From: a virus
Taxonomy: Duplodnaviria > Caudoviricetes
IMG/VR virus record: IMGVR_UViG_3300017700_000409
Location: 1-64,000 of that record
Reading direction: 5' to 3' (one strand)
DNA length: 64,000 nucleotides
The notes beneath the pieces are model-generated. The model was not told the DNA's origin. It made no database searches and saw only the letters and a program-made list of their open reading frames with translations. The translations under genes were made by a program, and so were the position numbers. Position 1 is the first letter of the stretch. Each line of letters starts with the position of its first letter. Positions 45,781 to 54,301 of this stretch are shown piece after piece.

Positions 45781-46722
45781 TTATCCTTTCTTTACGATTT
45801 CTTTGATCATTCCATAGCGGTCTTTTTGTCCAATCATCTTATCAACAAGTTGGACATCTTGTACAACATCATCAAGGAGTATCTGCCTCCAAGTCGCGAA
45901 ACGCCCCACAGAGTAAATCCCAAACTTCTCAGTCGCATAAAGAATGAATGAGCGGCGCACCTCATCATCGACCGAAAGAAGCTTACCAAACTTCTGGGCC
46001 TTTACTCCTTCAACTTTTACCTGCGCACCTTCGATCCCGAAAACTTGCTCAAGCAACGGGTGTATACGCCACCCGCCCTTATCCACCCCCTCAGGGTCAG
46101 AAACATATTCGAGCGTTAAACGGCTCCCCGTTATCGAAGCCCGATACAAAGCAATATCACTCTCGGGAAAATAAACAGTTTGGTACAAATCAATATCGGG
46201 GCTCTCAATGGTAATCGTCTTTGTCCATATCTTCTTCGCCTCAAACTTCACCTGAGGCTCAACCCCGAGAATGTTAGCTAAAGCCGGCATTGGGATGGTG
46301 CTAATAAGCGGCACAGAGCCATCGCCATGGACTGCAAACTCTTCTAGCCCAGTTCCATAGACAATATTAACACCTTGCGCGAGCCGCTTTAGAAAGTCGG
46401 GAGGTGCGATGTACCGCTCGGCTGGCGCGAGGTTGAGGATGCTGCGGCCTGTCGCGCGCCCCGATACCTTAAGCGAATACTGATTGTTGTGTTGAAGCGT
46501 GCCCGTAGTCCGGAGGCGCTTACCATCCCACAATCCTTTTTGAACAGCCACCTTCTTAAAAGCAATCCCCGTTGCCTCGGCCACTGCGTTAGTTCGGAAG
46601 CGGAGGAGAGCGGCGTGGTTGTCGGGTAAGCTCGGCTGAAGTTCGTGTATGACGGGGGAACGGTTTTTCAGAATGTGTGCGGTTAGCAGGCCAGCCATCC
46701 CGGCCCCGAAGATTTTTATCAT
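45781..46722 (-). CDS. FAD/NAD(P)-dependent oxidoreductase (UDP-galactopyranose-mutase/HemY-like architecture)
   Basis: N-terminal GAGMAGL dinucleotide fold; ISTIP; C-terminal GRFA.W...LDDVV. Confidence 0.75.
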   Translation of the reverse strand: MIKIFGAGMAGLLTAHILKNRSPVIHELQPSLPDNHAALLRFRTNAVAEATGIAFKKVAVQKGLWDGKRLRTTGTLQHNNQYSLKVSGRATGRSILNLAPAERYIAPPDFLKRLAQGVNIVYGTGLEEFAVHGDGSVPLISTIPMPALANILGVEPQVKFEAKKIWTKTITIESPDIDLYQTVYFPESDIALYRASITGSRLTLEYVSDPEGVDKGGWRIHPLLEQVFGIEGAQVKVEGVKAQKFGKLLSVDDEVRRSFILYATEKFGIYSVGRFATWRQILLDDVVQDVQLVDKMIGQKDRYGMIKEIVKKG

Positions 46723-46750
46723 AAATTACACCCCTTGGTAGAAAAGCGAA

Positions 46751-46780
46751 ACGCCCCCGGGGAGATAACCCCGGAGGCGC
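46751..46780 (-). terminator. Rho-independent terminator
   Basis: Minus strand GCGCCTCCGGGG-TTATCT-CCCCGGGGGCGT followed by TTCGCTTTT. Confidence 0.7.
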
Positions 46781-46806
46781 TTTCTTAGTCGATTGTAGCA
46801 GGCAGA

Positions 46807-47493
46807 TTACTTGCTGACGCGGACGTACTTTTTGCGGACAGCGAGGCCTTGAAGGTCGTTGAGCGTTCCGCCCTTCTTCAAGAAGTCCTCATAAGTGATG
46901 CCGGGCTTGTCGAGGACGATCTGCATGCACTTGTGGCGCTGCCCCGGCTTGCCGGCGAACATCGGGTTGCAGGGGTTCTCCTTCTCGATGGGGTAGAGCT
47001 TTGCGGTGGGCTCGTAGGGCGACTTGCGGCCCGCGCCACTCGGAGCGGCCTTCTTCGCGGCTCCCTTCTTGGCCGGGGCCTTCTTCGCGGACTTCTTGGA
47101 AGCAGTCTTTTTGGTAGCAGCCATTTCAGTATCCTCTTCTTCGCTTTTGGTTTCCGTCTCCTCCGGATTGGTGGAGCGGTCTCTGTCTGTAGCGGGGTTG
47201 TAAGGCTCGGGCCCGGTATTTTTCAACTCGGGGTAATCGGCCTCACGCACCTTCGATTTAGCAACACTGACTTCAAGCGGCTCTTCATCGTCCTTGAACT
47301 TCGGGATTTTGAAACCAGCCGCCTTCTCAAACATTTCTTCATCGAATGCTTTTTTCACCTTCGGGTACACATCCATCAGGTAGCGAGGGAACGGCTTGAG
47401 TTCCTTCCCGGTGAAAAAGGTGTAGAGTGCCTTGAGTTGGTTTGGAGAGAGTTTCTCAATGGCAGCGTCTTTGTTTTCCAGAACGACAAACAT
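46807..47493 (-). CDS. Histone-like/DNA-binding protein with probable in-frame internal start at 47124
   Basis: K/A repeats; C-terminal KENP...G.TYE.F...GG...DL domain; very high GC3. Confidence 0.65.
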   Translation of the reverse strand: MFVVLENKDAAIEKLSPNQLKALYTFFTGKELKPFPRYLMDVYPKVKKAFDEEMFEKAAGFKIPKFKDDEEPLEVSVAKSKVREADYPELKNTGPEPYNPATDRDRSTNPEETETKSEEEDTEMAATKKTASKKSAKKAPAKKGAAKKAAPSGAGRKSPYEPTAKLYPIEKENPCNPMFAGKPGQRHKCMQIVLDKPGITYEDFLKKGGTLNDLQGLAVRKKYVRVSK

Positions 47494-47687
47494 TGTATTG
47501 CCTCGACCCTGTTGGGCGCAGGCTTGAACGATTGTCGCGTTGTTACCCTTGACGGCATAACGAACCTTAAAATTCCAAAACTGGACGCCAAAGATCATCT
47601 AATGCTCCTTTCCTGTGGCCGAGGGGTTCCCCTCAGCGGCTGTGATTATAATTGAATTGGTTAGGGCCTCATAGCGCGTTTAAACGA

Positions 47688-49169
47688 CTAAATGCGGAAA
47701 GCCCTTTCTGTCTTCGGTTGTATCAAATAAAGGTTTTCTTTGGTCCTTGTTATGCCCACGAAGAAAACCCGCGTTTCATCGTCCTCCCCTCTTCTCATCA
47801 TTCTCTCCACTCGCTTTGAAACATCCAAACACAATACCACGTTATCTTCTTCCCATCCTTTAGCCCCGTGAATTGTGCTCAATCTGATATCTCCCTCTTC
47901 CTTCAAGCTCTGCCCATTGCGGCGAAGCGAGCGGATATATTCGCGCATGGTAGGTGAGAGACGCGTCAGCCCTTCAATCCAACTCGGCAAGTCCTCTGCG
48001 GGCGCTAGCCCCATCTCTTCGCTTCCATATCTCTCTAGCCCCGGGATACGTGCGGGCGTCTTCGCGTCTGTTATCCAGCTACATATCAACCGGGCTTCCG
48101 AGTAAGGCACCCGGTTGCCCCGCCGCAAGCTCTCGTAAGCTATGACCGCCTTTATCTCTTCTGCTGTATTGGACCACTTCCCTTTGTGGAAGTAAACCAG
48201 CCCGAGGTTCATACAAGCATTCGCCGCATCCGTTAGCTGCCAGTGGTGCCGGGCCAGCAGTAGCCATTTTCCAACACTGATTGGAGCTTCTCCGAAGTCT
48301 TTGACCCACTGTACTGTTCCCGGAACGCCTCTTGAGGCGAAATGTTTTGGAATACGATTACTGATCCGTTCGACAACTTCCATAGCGAGGTTTTTGACGG
48401 TGTCAGGGAGGCGAAAGCTTTTTGGGAGAATGATCCGATCTCCTCTAAAGCTAAGCATCGCGGTGGCGTCTGCACCAGCCCAGGTATAAATAGATTGGTC
48501 ATCATCTCCGGCGATAATAATTGATTTTGCGGCAGCACCAATAAACCGTACAAACCCCCACTGCTGAAGTGTGAGGTCTTGCCCCTCATCGACAATAAGG
48601 GCATCAACGTCCAATATCTGCTTAGGTAGTTCCAGCATGTCAGTGAAGTCGAGGAGATGGCGAGTTGTCTTATATTCATATAACTCCTTCCGGAAATTCT
48701 CGACCGTAACAAAAGCGAGTTGTTCTTCATCAGCAAAGCGCCAAGCTTCATCTAACGTTATCCCTTTGGCAAGAGATAATGCATGTATCTTCAAACAACG
48801 ATCCCCGAGCGAGCCGCCTTCAAACGTTGTCCATACAGTATTGTCCGCCCGGATGTTAAAAGTTGTTCCGAGAATTTCCCCTAGCTCTTCCCAATGCTTC
48901 TTATTCATCACCTCATCGCGGCTAAGGCCGTGAAGCCTAAAGGCCGCAGAATGAATTGTACGAAACCAGATGAAGTCCGCCTCGGTGAAGTGTGGGAACA
49001 GTTCCAAAACGCGGCGCTTCGCTTCCTCGGCAGCGGCCCGGGTGAAAGCGAGATAGGCGATGCGCTTGGGGTGTATTCCCGCCTCGACAAGCCGCAGGAC
49101 TTCATCTAGCAGGGTCTTAGTCTTCCCAGTCCCGGGAGGACCTAGATATATTTTTACCTTGCGCTTCAA
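47688..49169 (-). CDS. UvrD/Rep-like SF1 helicase
   Basis: GPPGTGKT, AFTRAA, TIHS, DEGQD, GDDDQSIY, STIHGAKG.E, FVGITR. Confidence 0.9.
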   Translation of the reverse strand: MKRKVKIYLGPPGTGKTKTLLDEVLRLVEAGIHPKRIAYLAFTRAAAEEAKRRVLELFPHFTEADFIWFRTIHSAAFRLHGLSRDEVMNKKHWEELGEILGTTFNIRADNTVWTTFEGGSLGDRCLKIHALSLAKGITLDEAWRFADEEQLAFVTVENFRKELYEYKTTRHLLDFTDMLELPKQILDVDALIVDEGQDLTLQQWGFVRFIGAAAKSIIIAGDDDQSIYTWAGADATAMLSFRGDRIILPKSFRLPDTVKNLAMEVVERISNRIPKHFASRGVPGTVQWVKDFGEAPISVGKWLLLARHHWQLTDAANACMNLGLVYFHKGKWSNTAEEIKAVIAYESLRRGNRVPYSEARLICSWITDAKTPARIPGLERYGSEEMGLAPAEDLPSWIEGLTRLSPTMREYIRSLRRNGQSLKEEGDIRLSTIHGAKGWEEDNVVLCLDVSKRVERMMRRGEDDETRVFFVGITRTKENLYLIQPKTERAFRI

Positions 49170-49669
49170 TTGCTTCTCGATTTTCTTACGGTGTCGGCAC
49201 TGTTGTTAATGTAGCTACGCGCAATTGCGTCCGCTGCTTTCTTGTGTCCCGCATCGGAAAGCTGAATGAAGATTTCCTGTATGGTGTAGTTGTCCATAAC
49301 CCCGGCCCGGTGAGGGAGGCAGATGGGATGATCCGCCTGACCTTTCGTGTAAAGCTCTTTGACGCCCACTGTCGGAACGTCTGAAGGACGCCAGATATAT
49401 CCGCAGTCATGGCAAAGGTGCGAGCGGTGTGGCGGATTGGTCCAAGTACCTTGAGGTTCATCGACGTGCTGCGCCCCACAAGACGGGCAATACAAAACCA
49501 TTCTCACCGGCCCGTTATAGTCCGTCTTCTTTGCGATGTAGTTGTGTAGGTTCTTGGCTATGCCTAGCAACTCGCGGTTCAATTTAGAAGGAGCCCCGCC
49601 CACAGCATCAAAACCACCCTCGATAAAATCGAGCCGGTCACGTACCGCGTCCATTTCACTCTTCGCCAT
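49166..49669 (-). CDS. Zn-ribbon hypothetical protein
   Basis: CPSCGAQHVD....W.NPPHRSHLC..CG..WRP. Confidence 0.65.
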   Translation of the reverse strand: MAKSEMDAVRDRLDFIEGGFDAVGGAPSKLNRELLGIAKNLHNYIAKKTDYNGPVRMVLYCPSCGAQHVDEPQGTWTNPPHRSHLCHDCGYIWRPSDVPTVGVKELYTKGQADHPICLPHRAGVMDNYTIQEIFIQLSDAGHKKAADAIARSYINNSADTVRKSRSN

Positions 49670-49718
49670 CTCTCTTCTCCTCGATCAAAAAACCACCCCT
49701 AAGACCCGTTTCCGGGGC

Positions 49719-49826
49719 CCCTCAGGCCTTAAAATCCGGTCCTGCAGTGTCGGTTCCCTTAAAACGGGCTACCTCGGGACGCCCCGGAGCCCGAAACCCA
49801 CCCTCAGGCCTTATTCCGGGGCGTCC
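49719..49826. repeat. Intergenic 13-bp direct repeat and 12-bp inverted repeat
   Basis: CCCTCAGGCCTTA at 49719 and 49801; GGACGCCCCGGA (49777-49788) / TCCGGGGCGTCC (49815-49826). Confidence 0.8.
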
Positions 49827-49845
49827 TAAACGCCCTCCCGGGCCC

Positions 49846-50049
49846 CTAATCGCCCCTCAAGATTTTACCTAGTTCAGACTCAGGGCTAACAATCTTCTTC
49901 ATATCGTCAATAATTCTTTGATTTCGCACTGCTCTGTCTCTCCACTCTTTTAAATCAAAAACTAAAATTTCAAGCTCGTCAGCAGAGAGCCTTAAGTCAT
50001 TAGCAATTTTACTCGCAACATCAGAATTCCATTTAGGGTCGCTTACCAT
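49846..50049 (-). CDS. Hypothetical protein
   Basis: Small coupled ORF. Confidence 0.55.
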   Translation of the reverse strand: MVSDPKWNSDVASKIANDLRLSADELEILVFDLKEWRDRAVRNQRIIDDMKKIVSPESELGKILRGD

Positions 50050-50050
50050 C

Positions 50051-50329
50051 TCAAGGCCCTCTGTCGTCCGTTTCTAAAATATGAATTCGTTCGTGCATCC
50101 AACTTTGAACATTCGGGTTCGCTTCCAGGTTTTGAATATCCAAGGCCGTAAGTTCCCGGACAACTTGCCCTGAAGGTTGAACAATAAAGCCGCGAAGGTT
50201 CTTCACCTCAGGGTCTTCATCTTTATAAGCAATTTCATAATCAAAAGTCAGATTTACATACTGCCCGCGCGACAAACTGATCCCCGTCGGCAACGGGGAG
50301 TTGTCTATTTTGATTGTTGTAGTCGGCAT
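50051..50329 (-). CDS. Hypothetical protein
   Basis: SD AGGGG. Confidence 0.6.
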   Translation of the reverse strand: MPTTTIKIDNSPLPTGISLSRGQYVNLTFDYEIAYKDEDPEVKNLRGFIVQPSGQVVRELTALDIQNLEANPNVQSWMHERIHILETDDRGP

Positions 50330-50330
50330 C

Positions 50331-50711
50331 TCAGTTCCCCTTCTCTAACAAAACTTCACGGTCATTGTCGAAGAGGCGAAGCCCCGAGAGCTTGCCCCAG
50401 TATTGTGATCCGTCAAACCACACTCTCTTTTTGTCCGGGTTCTTGATCTTCGATAGTAGCTTCATTAGTTCTAGCACTGTGAGATGCTTCTTGTTCTGGT
50501 CGAATACCGCCTGCCCATAGTCCTCTTCGCCTTTCGCTAGAGGCTTAGGGGATGTTGCCGGCATATCCGAACGCCCGTGGAGCTTGGTGAGTTGATCTTT
50601 ACTTAATTTGTTGTCGCGCTTCGATGCGAAGAACTCTAGGGGCTTTAATTGCTTCTTCCCTATCTTCGACACCTTTGCCTTAAGTTGCTTCGACATCGCT
50701 ATCTGTTTCAT
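50331..50711 (-). CDS. Lys-rich hypothetical protein (start uncertain)
   Basis: ORF track 50331-50783; LTV.EL..LL motif. Confidence 0.55.
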   Translation of the reverse strand: MKQIAMSKQLKAKVSKIGKKQLKPLEFFASKRDNKLSKDQLTKLHGRSDMPATSPKPLAKGEEDYGQAVFDQNKKHLTVLELMKLLSKIKNPDKKRVWFDGSQYWGKLSGLRLFDNDREVLLEKGN

Positions 50712-51051
50712 CGTTTTCGCTTCCGATAGCTTTTGCTTCACTTTGGATTTTGTCGAGTTCTTCATATTCGTCTTCTTCGACATTTGGAAATTCCTTTGCC
50801 TCTTTCTCGATTGCTTCGGCGCAGGAGAAACACATCATAGGCAAATCGTCCTCGACATGTACCCCGCGCAAATGGTTACCGCAAAAATATCCTTCGCAAG
50901 CGCCATCAGGCCCGACCCCGTGCATCCCGCCGCAAGCGTAGGATAAGCCCCGGTCAATAGTCTCGGTACAACCTGGGTGGTCGCAGAAGGCCTCGATGGC
51001 GTAACCAATCTTGCGGCCCTTGCTGTCCTCTCCGCAGTTAGCCCAGCCCAT
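50680..51051 (-). CDS. Cys/His-rich conserved phage protein
   Basis: GY...A.CDHPGC...IDRGL.Y.CGG.HG....C.GYFC..H. Confidence 0.7.
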   Translation of the reverse strand: MGWANCGEDSKGRKIGYAIEAFCDHPGCTETIDRGLSYACGGMHGVGPDGACEGYFCGNHLRGVHVEDDLPMMCFSCAEAIEKEAKEFPNVEEDEYEELDKIQSEAKAIGSENDETDSDVEAT

Positions 51052-51718
51052 TGATCTTCTCCTTCTTCACCTTCCAGTTTGGGTGGCTATTTGCACCTAG
51101 AAACTTTAAGGCGCTTTCTTCATCTGGAAAACTTTTTGCCTTGTGCTGGTGTGCTGTAGGTGTATCGTTGCCGCAGCTATCTAATCCCTGCCTTATATAC
51201 ACTCCGGTTATTTCGTTTCTGATATAATATCTTTCTTCCTCTCTCGCCATATCAATCCCAATCCAGTGAACGGCGATTATGGGCTGTATCTCCCATTCAC
51301 GCCCCATAGCTTTCCACCTCTCCTCAGAGTCAGAGTGGTTCGGGTAGGGTGCCGCAGCAACGATGCGCTTAGCGTTAGGAAGAGCAATCAACATATCCAC
51401 GCAGAATTTGCAGGGCGACACCGTCACATAGATCGTGTGTACCCGGCTCGGGTCCGTACAATGCGCTAAGGCATTTACCTCGGCATGAATAGCCTTACAT
51501 TCCGTCAACGCAGTCCCGCTCGGGGCGTCCGCTCCCTTACAAGGGAACCCTTCGTTACAGTGAGGCTGGCCCTTAGGCACGCCATTGCGGCCGGTCGAGA
51601 GGATGTGCCCGTTCTCATCTACGAGAACGCACCCGACCGAACGGCGGATACAAGTAGAGCGTTTCGAGGCTACAGCAGCGTGCTCTAGGTTCGTTTGGTC
51701 TTCTGTAGGGCGGTTCAT
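51038..51718 (-). CDS. dCMP deaminase
   Basis: RSTC.R..VG, G.NG.P, HAE.NA, SPC..C; extra C-terminal domain. Confidence 0.9.
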   Translation of the reverse strand: MNRPTEDQTNLEHAAVASKRSTCIRRSVGCVLVDENGHILSTGRNGVPKGQPHCNEGFPCKGADAPSGTALTECKAIHAEVNALAHCTDPSRVHTIYVTVSPCKFCVDMLIALPNAKRIVAAAPYPNHSDSEERWKAMGREWEIQPIIAVHWIGIDMAREEERYYIRNEITGVYIRQGLDSCGNDTPTAHQHKAKSFPDEESALKFLGANSHPNWKVKKEKINGLG

Positions 51719-51906
51719 CTCACAATCCTTTTTGATCCTGATTCCCATTGCTTCTCTAACTCTTTCATAAAGGCATATGGTGGGCTTTGTACTCCTGTTA
51801 TGTATTGTCTAAGCAAATCATCGGAGCAATTAAGGACATCCATAACCTTTGCGAATTTATCCGGATCAGCAACAAGCTTGAGAAGTTGGTTCTGGTGAAC
51901 GCTCAT
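51715..51906 (-). CDS. Hypothetical protein
   Basis: ATGA-coupled on both sides. Confidence 0.55.
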   Translation of the reverse strand: MSVHQNQLLKLVADPDKFAKVMDVLNCSDDLLRQYITGVQSPPYAFMKELEKQWESGSKRIVR

Positions 51907-52439
51907 ACCTTCGCAACCTTCCCAGCTAAATTTGACTCTTGAACCACGTCTGCGGCCTTCACTTCCTTGATGCTACTATTCTCGACTGTGACTGAACCAT
52001 TAGGCCAGATGATCTTTAAGGGAACCTTCGCGGCTCTCGTGTAGCGTATCGTGGCCCAGGTCCCGCTTTTTAACTCCTCCTCGAAACCTGCAGGCGTAGC
52101 AATCATCCCATTAGCCTTCGCAACAATGACGCGGTTGCGGTCGAGAGGTGGAGCGGGCCGGTGAAGGACAATCTTCGCCATAAAATCTTCAAGAGGATTA
52201 TTCCAAACTGAATTAAAATTCCTTAGCTCACGGCAAGGATAAATATTGATCGTCTCAAAGTAGCGGACCTTAGCAATACAATGCGCTTCGTAGTCCGCAC
52301 CCTCGGCGCCACCATGGTCGAAGTTCAATTTTATTCCTACTTGGTTACAAGCAGAATAAACCTCTCCAAAGATACAGCGAAGCATCGCTTGCTGCTCGGG
52401 TGTCATTCCTTTGCGTGTACCTGTGAATCCAATGTTCAT
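51903..52439 (-). CDS. SLOG-superfamily (YspA/DprA-like) nucleotide-binding protein
   Basis: IGFTG.R, HGG..GAD, RN..IV, SGTW.TI..A motifs. Confidence 0.75.
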   Translation of the reverse strand: MNIGFTGTRKGMTPEQQAMLRCIFGEVYSACNQVGIKLNFDHGGAEGADYEAHCIAKVRYFETINIYPCRELRNFNSVWNNPLEDFMAKIVLHRPAPPLDRNRVIVAKANGMIATPAGFEEELKSGTWATIRYTRAAKVPLKIIWPNGSVTVENSSIKEVKAADVVQESNLAGKVAKV

Positions 52440-52580
52440 CTCACTCTTCCTTCTTCGGAATAACAGTCCAGCGAGCTTGCCCTGTGTATTGATTTACATA
52501 TAACTGTTCTAAAATATTCTCATTCCACCGCAATCGAGGTGTGGGATAAAAACCTCTTTCTTCTAGCTCTTTAGCTTCCA

Positions 52581-52961
52581 TCACTTATTTCTCCCCTTCG
52601 GGGCCTTACGTCCCGAGGTAACATGTACAATCTTCCCACCGCCAATTTGATCTTCAGGTCCTAATACAACTTCACCTTGAGCCGGTTCTAGTTTCGACAT
52701 CGCCTCTTCAAAATTAAATCCGCTCGTCTCCCAAGGTTTCATCCAAGGTGCAATAGCGCGCATAATCTGCTTCGCCTTATCCCGGGAGTTACCGCGCAAA
52801 ATCTTTAAGGCCGCAGGCGAATACTCCTTCATGGCCTTCTCTTCCCAAAGCCACGGGGTCAAGACCTTCGCAACCTCGGTTACAATATGACCCTTATAAA
52901 CAATCTCCCGTTCACGGTCAGTCATCGAAAATACAGTTTCATCATGACTGGTCTTAGGCAT
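52581..52961 (-). CDS. Hypothetical protein
   Basis: SD GGAGAAGG. Confidence 0.6.
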   Translation of the reverse strand: MPKTSHDETVFSMTDREREIVYKGHIVTEVAKVLTPWLWEEKAMKEYSPAALKILRGNSRDKAKQIMRAIAPWMKPWETSGFNFEEAMSKLEPAQGEVVLGPEDQIGGGKIVHVTSGRKAPKGRNK

Positions 52962-53416
52962 CACACCTTCTCCCAAACATACACCTTTTGAACTTCATAA
53001 AGGCGCGCATCCCGGGGACGGGAGATTATTTTGTAAGGTTCTTCTTGCTCTTTGTATTGATCCTCAATCCCGAGATACTGCCCAATCCAATTTAGGTTGC
53101 TGTGCTCTTCATCGGCTTTCATCAAATAGTATCTGCCCCACTCTGGGTCGTGCCTCGGGTTGGGTTCTTTAGCCACAGGCTTCTCCTCTTCCTTTTTAGG
53201 CAATAACGTCTCGGCCATATCCATCGCATGGGCGAAGCTCTCGGCTTCGATCATCTGCCCTTCCTTCTTACTCCGGGCATTGACGCGGATTTTGCGAAGG
53301 TACATAGCCCCATCGTCAACTGAGATGAAGCCTGCTTTGCTTCTTGAGATAAAGAACTGCATATCACTCTCCCTTGCGAGCCGCTCTAATTTCTTTGGCC
53401 TGTCTGCATCTCTCAT
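52961..53416 (-). CDS. Hypothetical protein
   Basis: 151-aa ORF, coupled. Confidence 0.6.
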   Translation of the reverse strand: MRDADRPKKLERLARESDMQFFISRSKAGFISVDDGAMYLRKIRVNARSKKEGQMIEAESFAHAMDMAETLLPKKEEEKPVAKEPNPRHDPEWGRYYLMKADEEHSNLNWIGQYLGIEDQYKEQEEPYKIISRPRDARLYEVQKVYVWEKV

Positions 53417-53711
53417 TACACCATTCTACTAAAGCCCCACCAACAATCGGGCCTCGGGAAGTTGCGAGTGCGTCAACACACAAAGAGGCGTGAAGTCCAA
53501 TTGCCGTAAAATGAATCCAGGTTCCGTCTCGGCCTACGTTGACCCTAAGGCCTGCTTTATCAATCGGGATATCAACCGCTAACTCAGGGGCAACAGGCCC
53601 GCTCTGAGTTGTAAGTTCAAAAATCCTACTGAGGCTTTCTTTTGCCAACTCAATTTTCGGCATGGAAAGAAGTATCGAAGCAATCTCTTTCAGTCTTTCT
53701 TCAGCGTTCAT
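53364..53711 (-). CDS. Hypothetical protein
   Basis: ATGA-coupled. Confidence 0.55.
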   Translation of the reverse strand: MNAEERLKEIASILLSMPKIELAKESLSRIFELTTQSGPVAPELAVDIPIDKAGLRVNVGRDGTWIHFTAIGLHASLCVDALATSRGPIVGGALVEWCNERCRQAKEIRAARKGE

Positions 53712-53989
53712 CTTAGTTTCCTTTCTTGGGTTCCTAGCATTAACTTTGCGACTTCTAGCCGTTGTTCGTGACTATTTATTGCGTGTAGTACGGTCTTGGG
53801 ATCGTGCGTCCATCCGATTGCCTTAGCTATGAGGCGATAGGTCAACTGTGTTTCTCTCCGGAGACGGAAGCAGGCTTCATGGCGCGCGGCAATTGGTATC
53901 GGCTCCCTTGACTTCCCACGGACGGCCCGGACTGTAATCCCATATTTGGCTGCGGTTTCTTGTATGATATCGTTAGATGTCTTTACCAT
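53708..53989 (-). CDS. Stand-alone DnaA domain IV-like HTH protein
   Basis: II...A.KYG.T.....G.SR......AR...........TY..IA...G..HD..TVLHA. Confidence 0.75.
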   Translation of the reverse strand: MVKTSNDIIQETAAKYGITVRAVRGKSREPIPIAARHEACFRLRRETQLTYRLIAKAIGWTHDPKTVLHAINSHEQRLEVAKLMLGTQERKLR

Positions 53990-54162
53990 CTATCTGCAAC
54001 CTTCTCTTTCTTTGCTTCTTCCTCCTCAACGTGATCTTGAAACGCAGCAGAAGCGCCCATCCCGGTGAAATGTCCTAAAGAAGACCACCCGCAAGTGCAT
54101 CTGGCCGCAATACCACCTGCCTCGACCTTTACGCAGCCGTCCACCAACTTATGCTTTGTCAT
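53983..54162 (-). CDS. Hypothetical 59-aa protein (not in ORF track)
   Basis: H.L...A.C.CGW...H; SD AAGGA. Confidence 0.5.
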   Translation of the reverse strand: MTKHKLVDGCVKVEAGGIAARCTCGWSSLGHFTGMGASAAFQDHVEEEEAKKEKVADRW

Positions 54163-54301
54163 CTTCCTTCTCCACCTTTACAGTCATCTTCCCGCGTGCG
54201 GCCGCAATAGCCCCGACTATTATTGATCCAACAGTTCCGAGAAGCACCAGGCAACCGATAAAGCGCCAGAACCCCGCGAATATGAATTCAAGGTAAATCA
54301 C
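54149..54301 (-). CDS. Small membrane protein (not in ORF track)
   Basis: GTG start; LEFIF.GFW.F.G hydrophobic run. Confidence 0.5.
   Translation of the reverse strand: MIYLEFIFAGFWRFIGCLVLLGTVGSIIVGAIAAARGKMTVKVEKEDDKA

Noticed and set aside
46849-47655. 268-aa plus-strand ORF (also 467-1168, 2458-3378, 4862-5539, 18702-19370, 24111-24761, 35064-35528)
   Set aside because: Antisense shadows of strongly codon-biased real genes; no SD, no recognisable motifs, wrong strand for their arm
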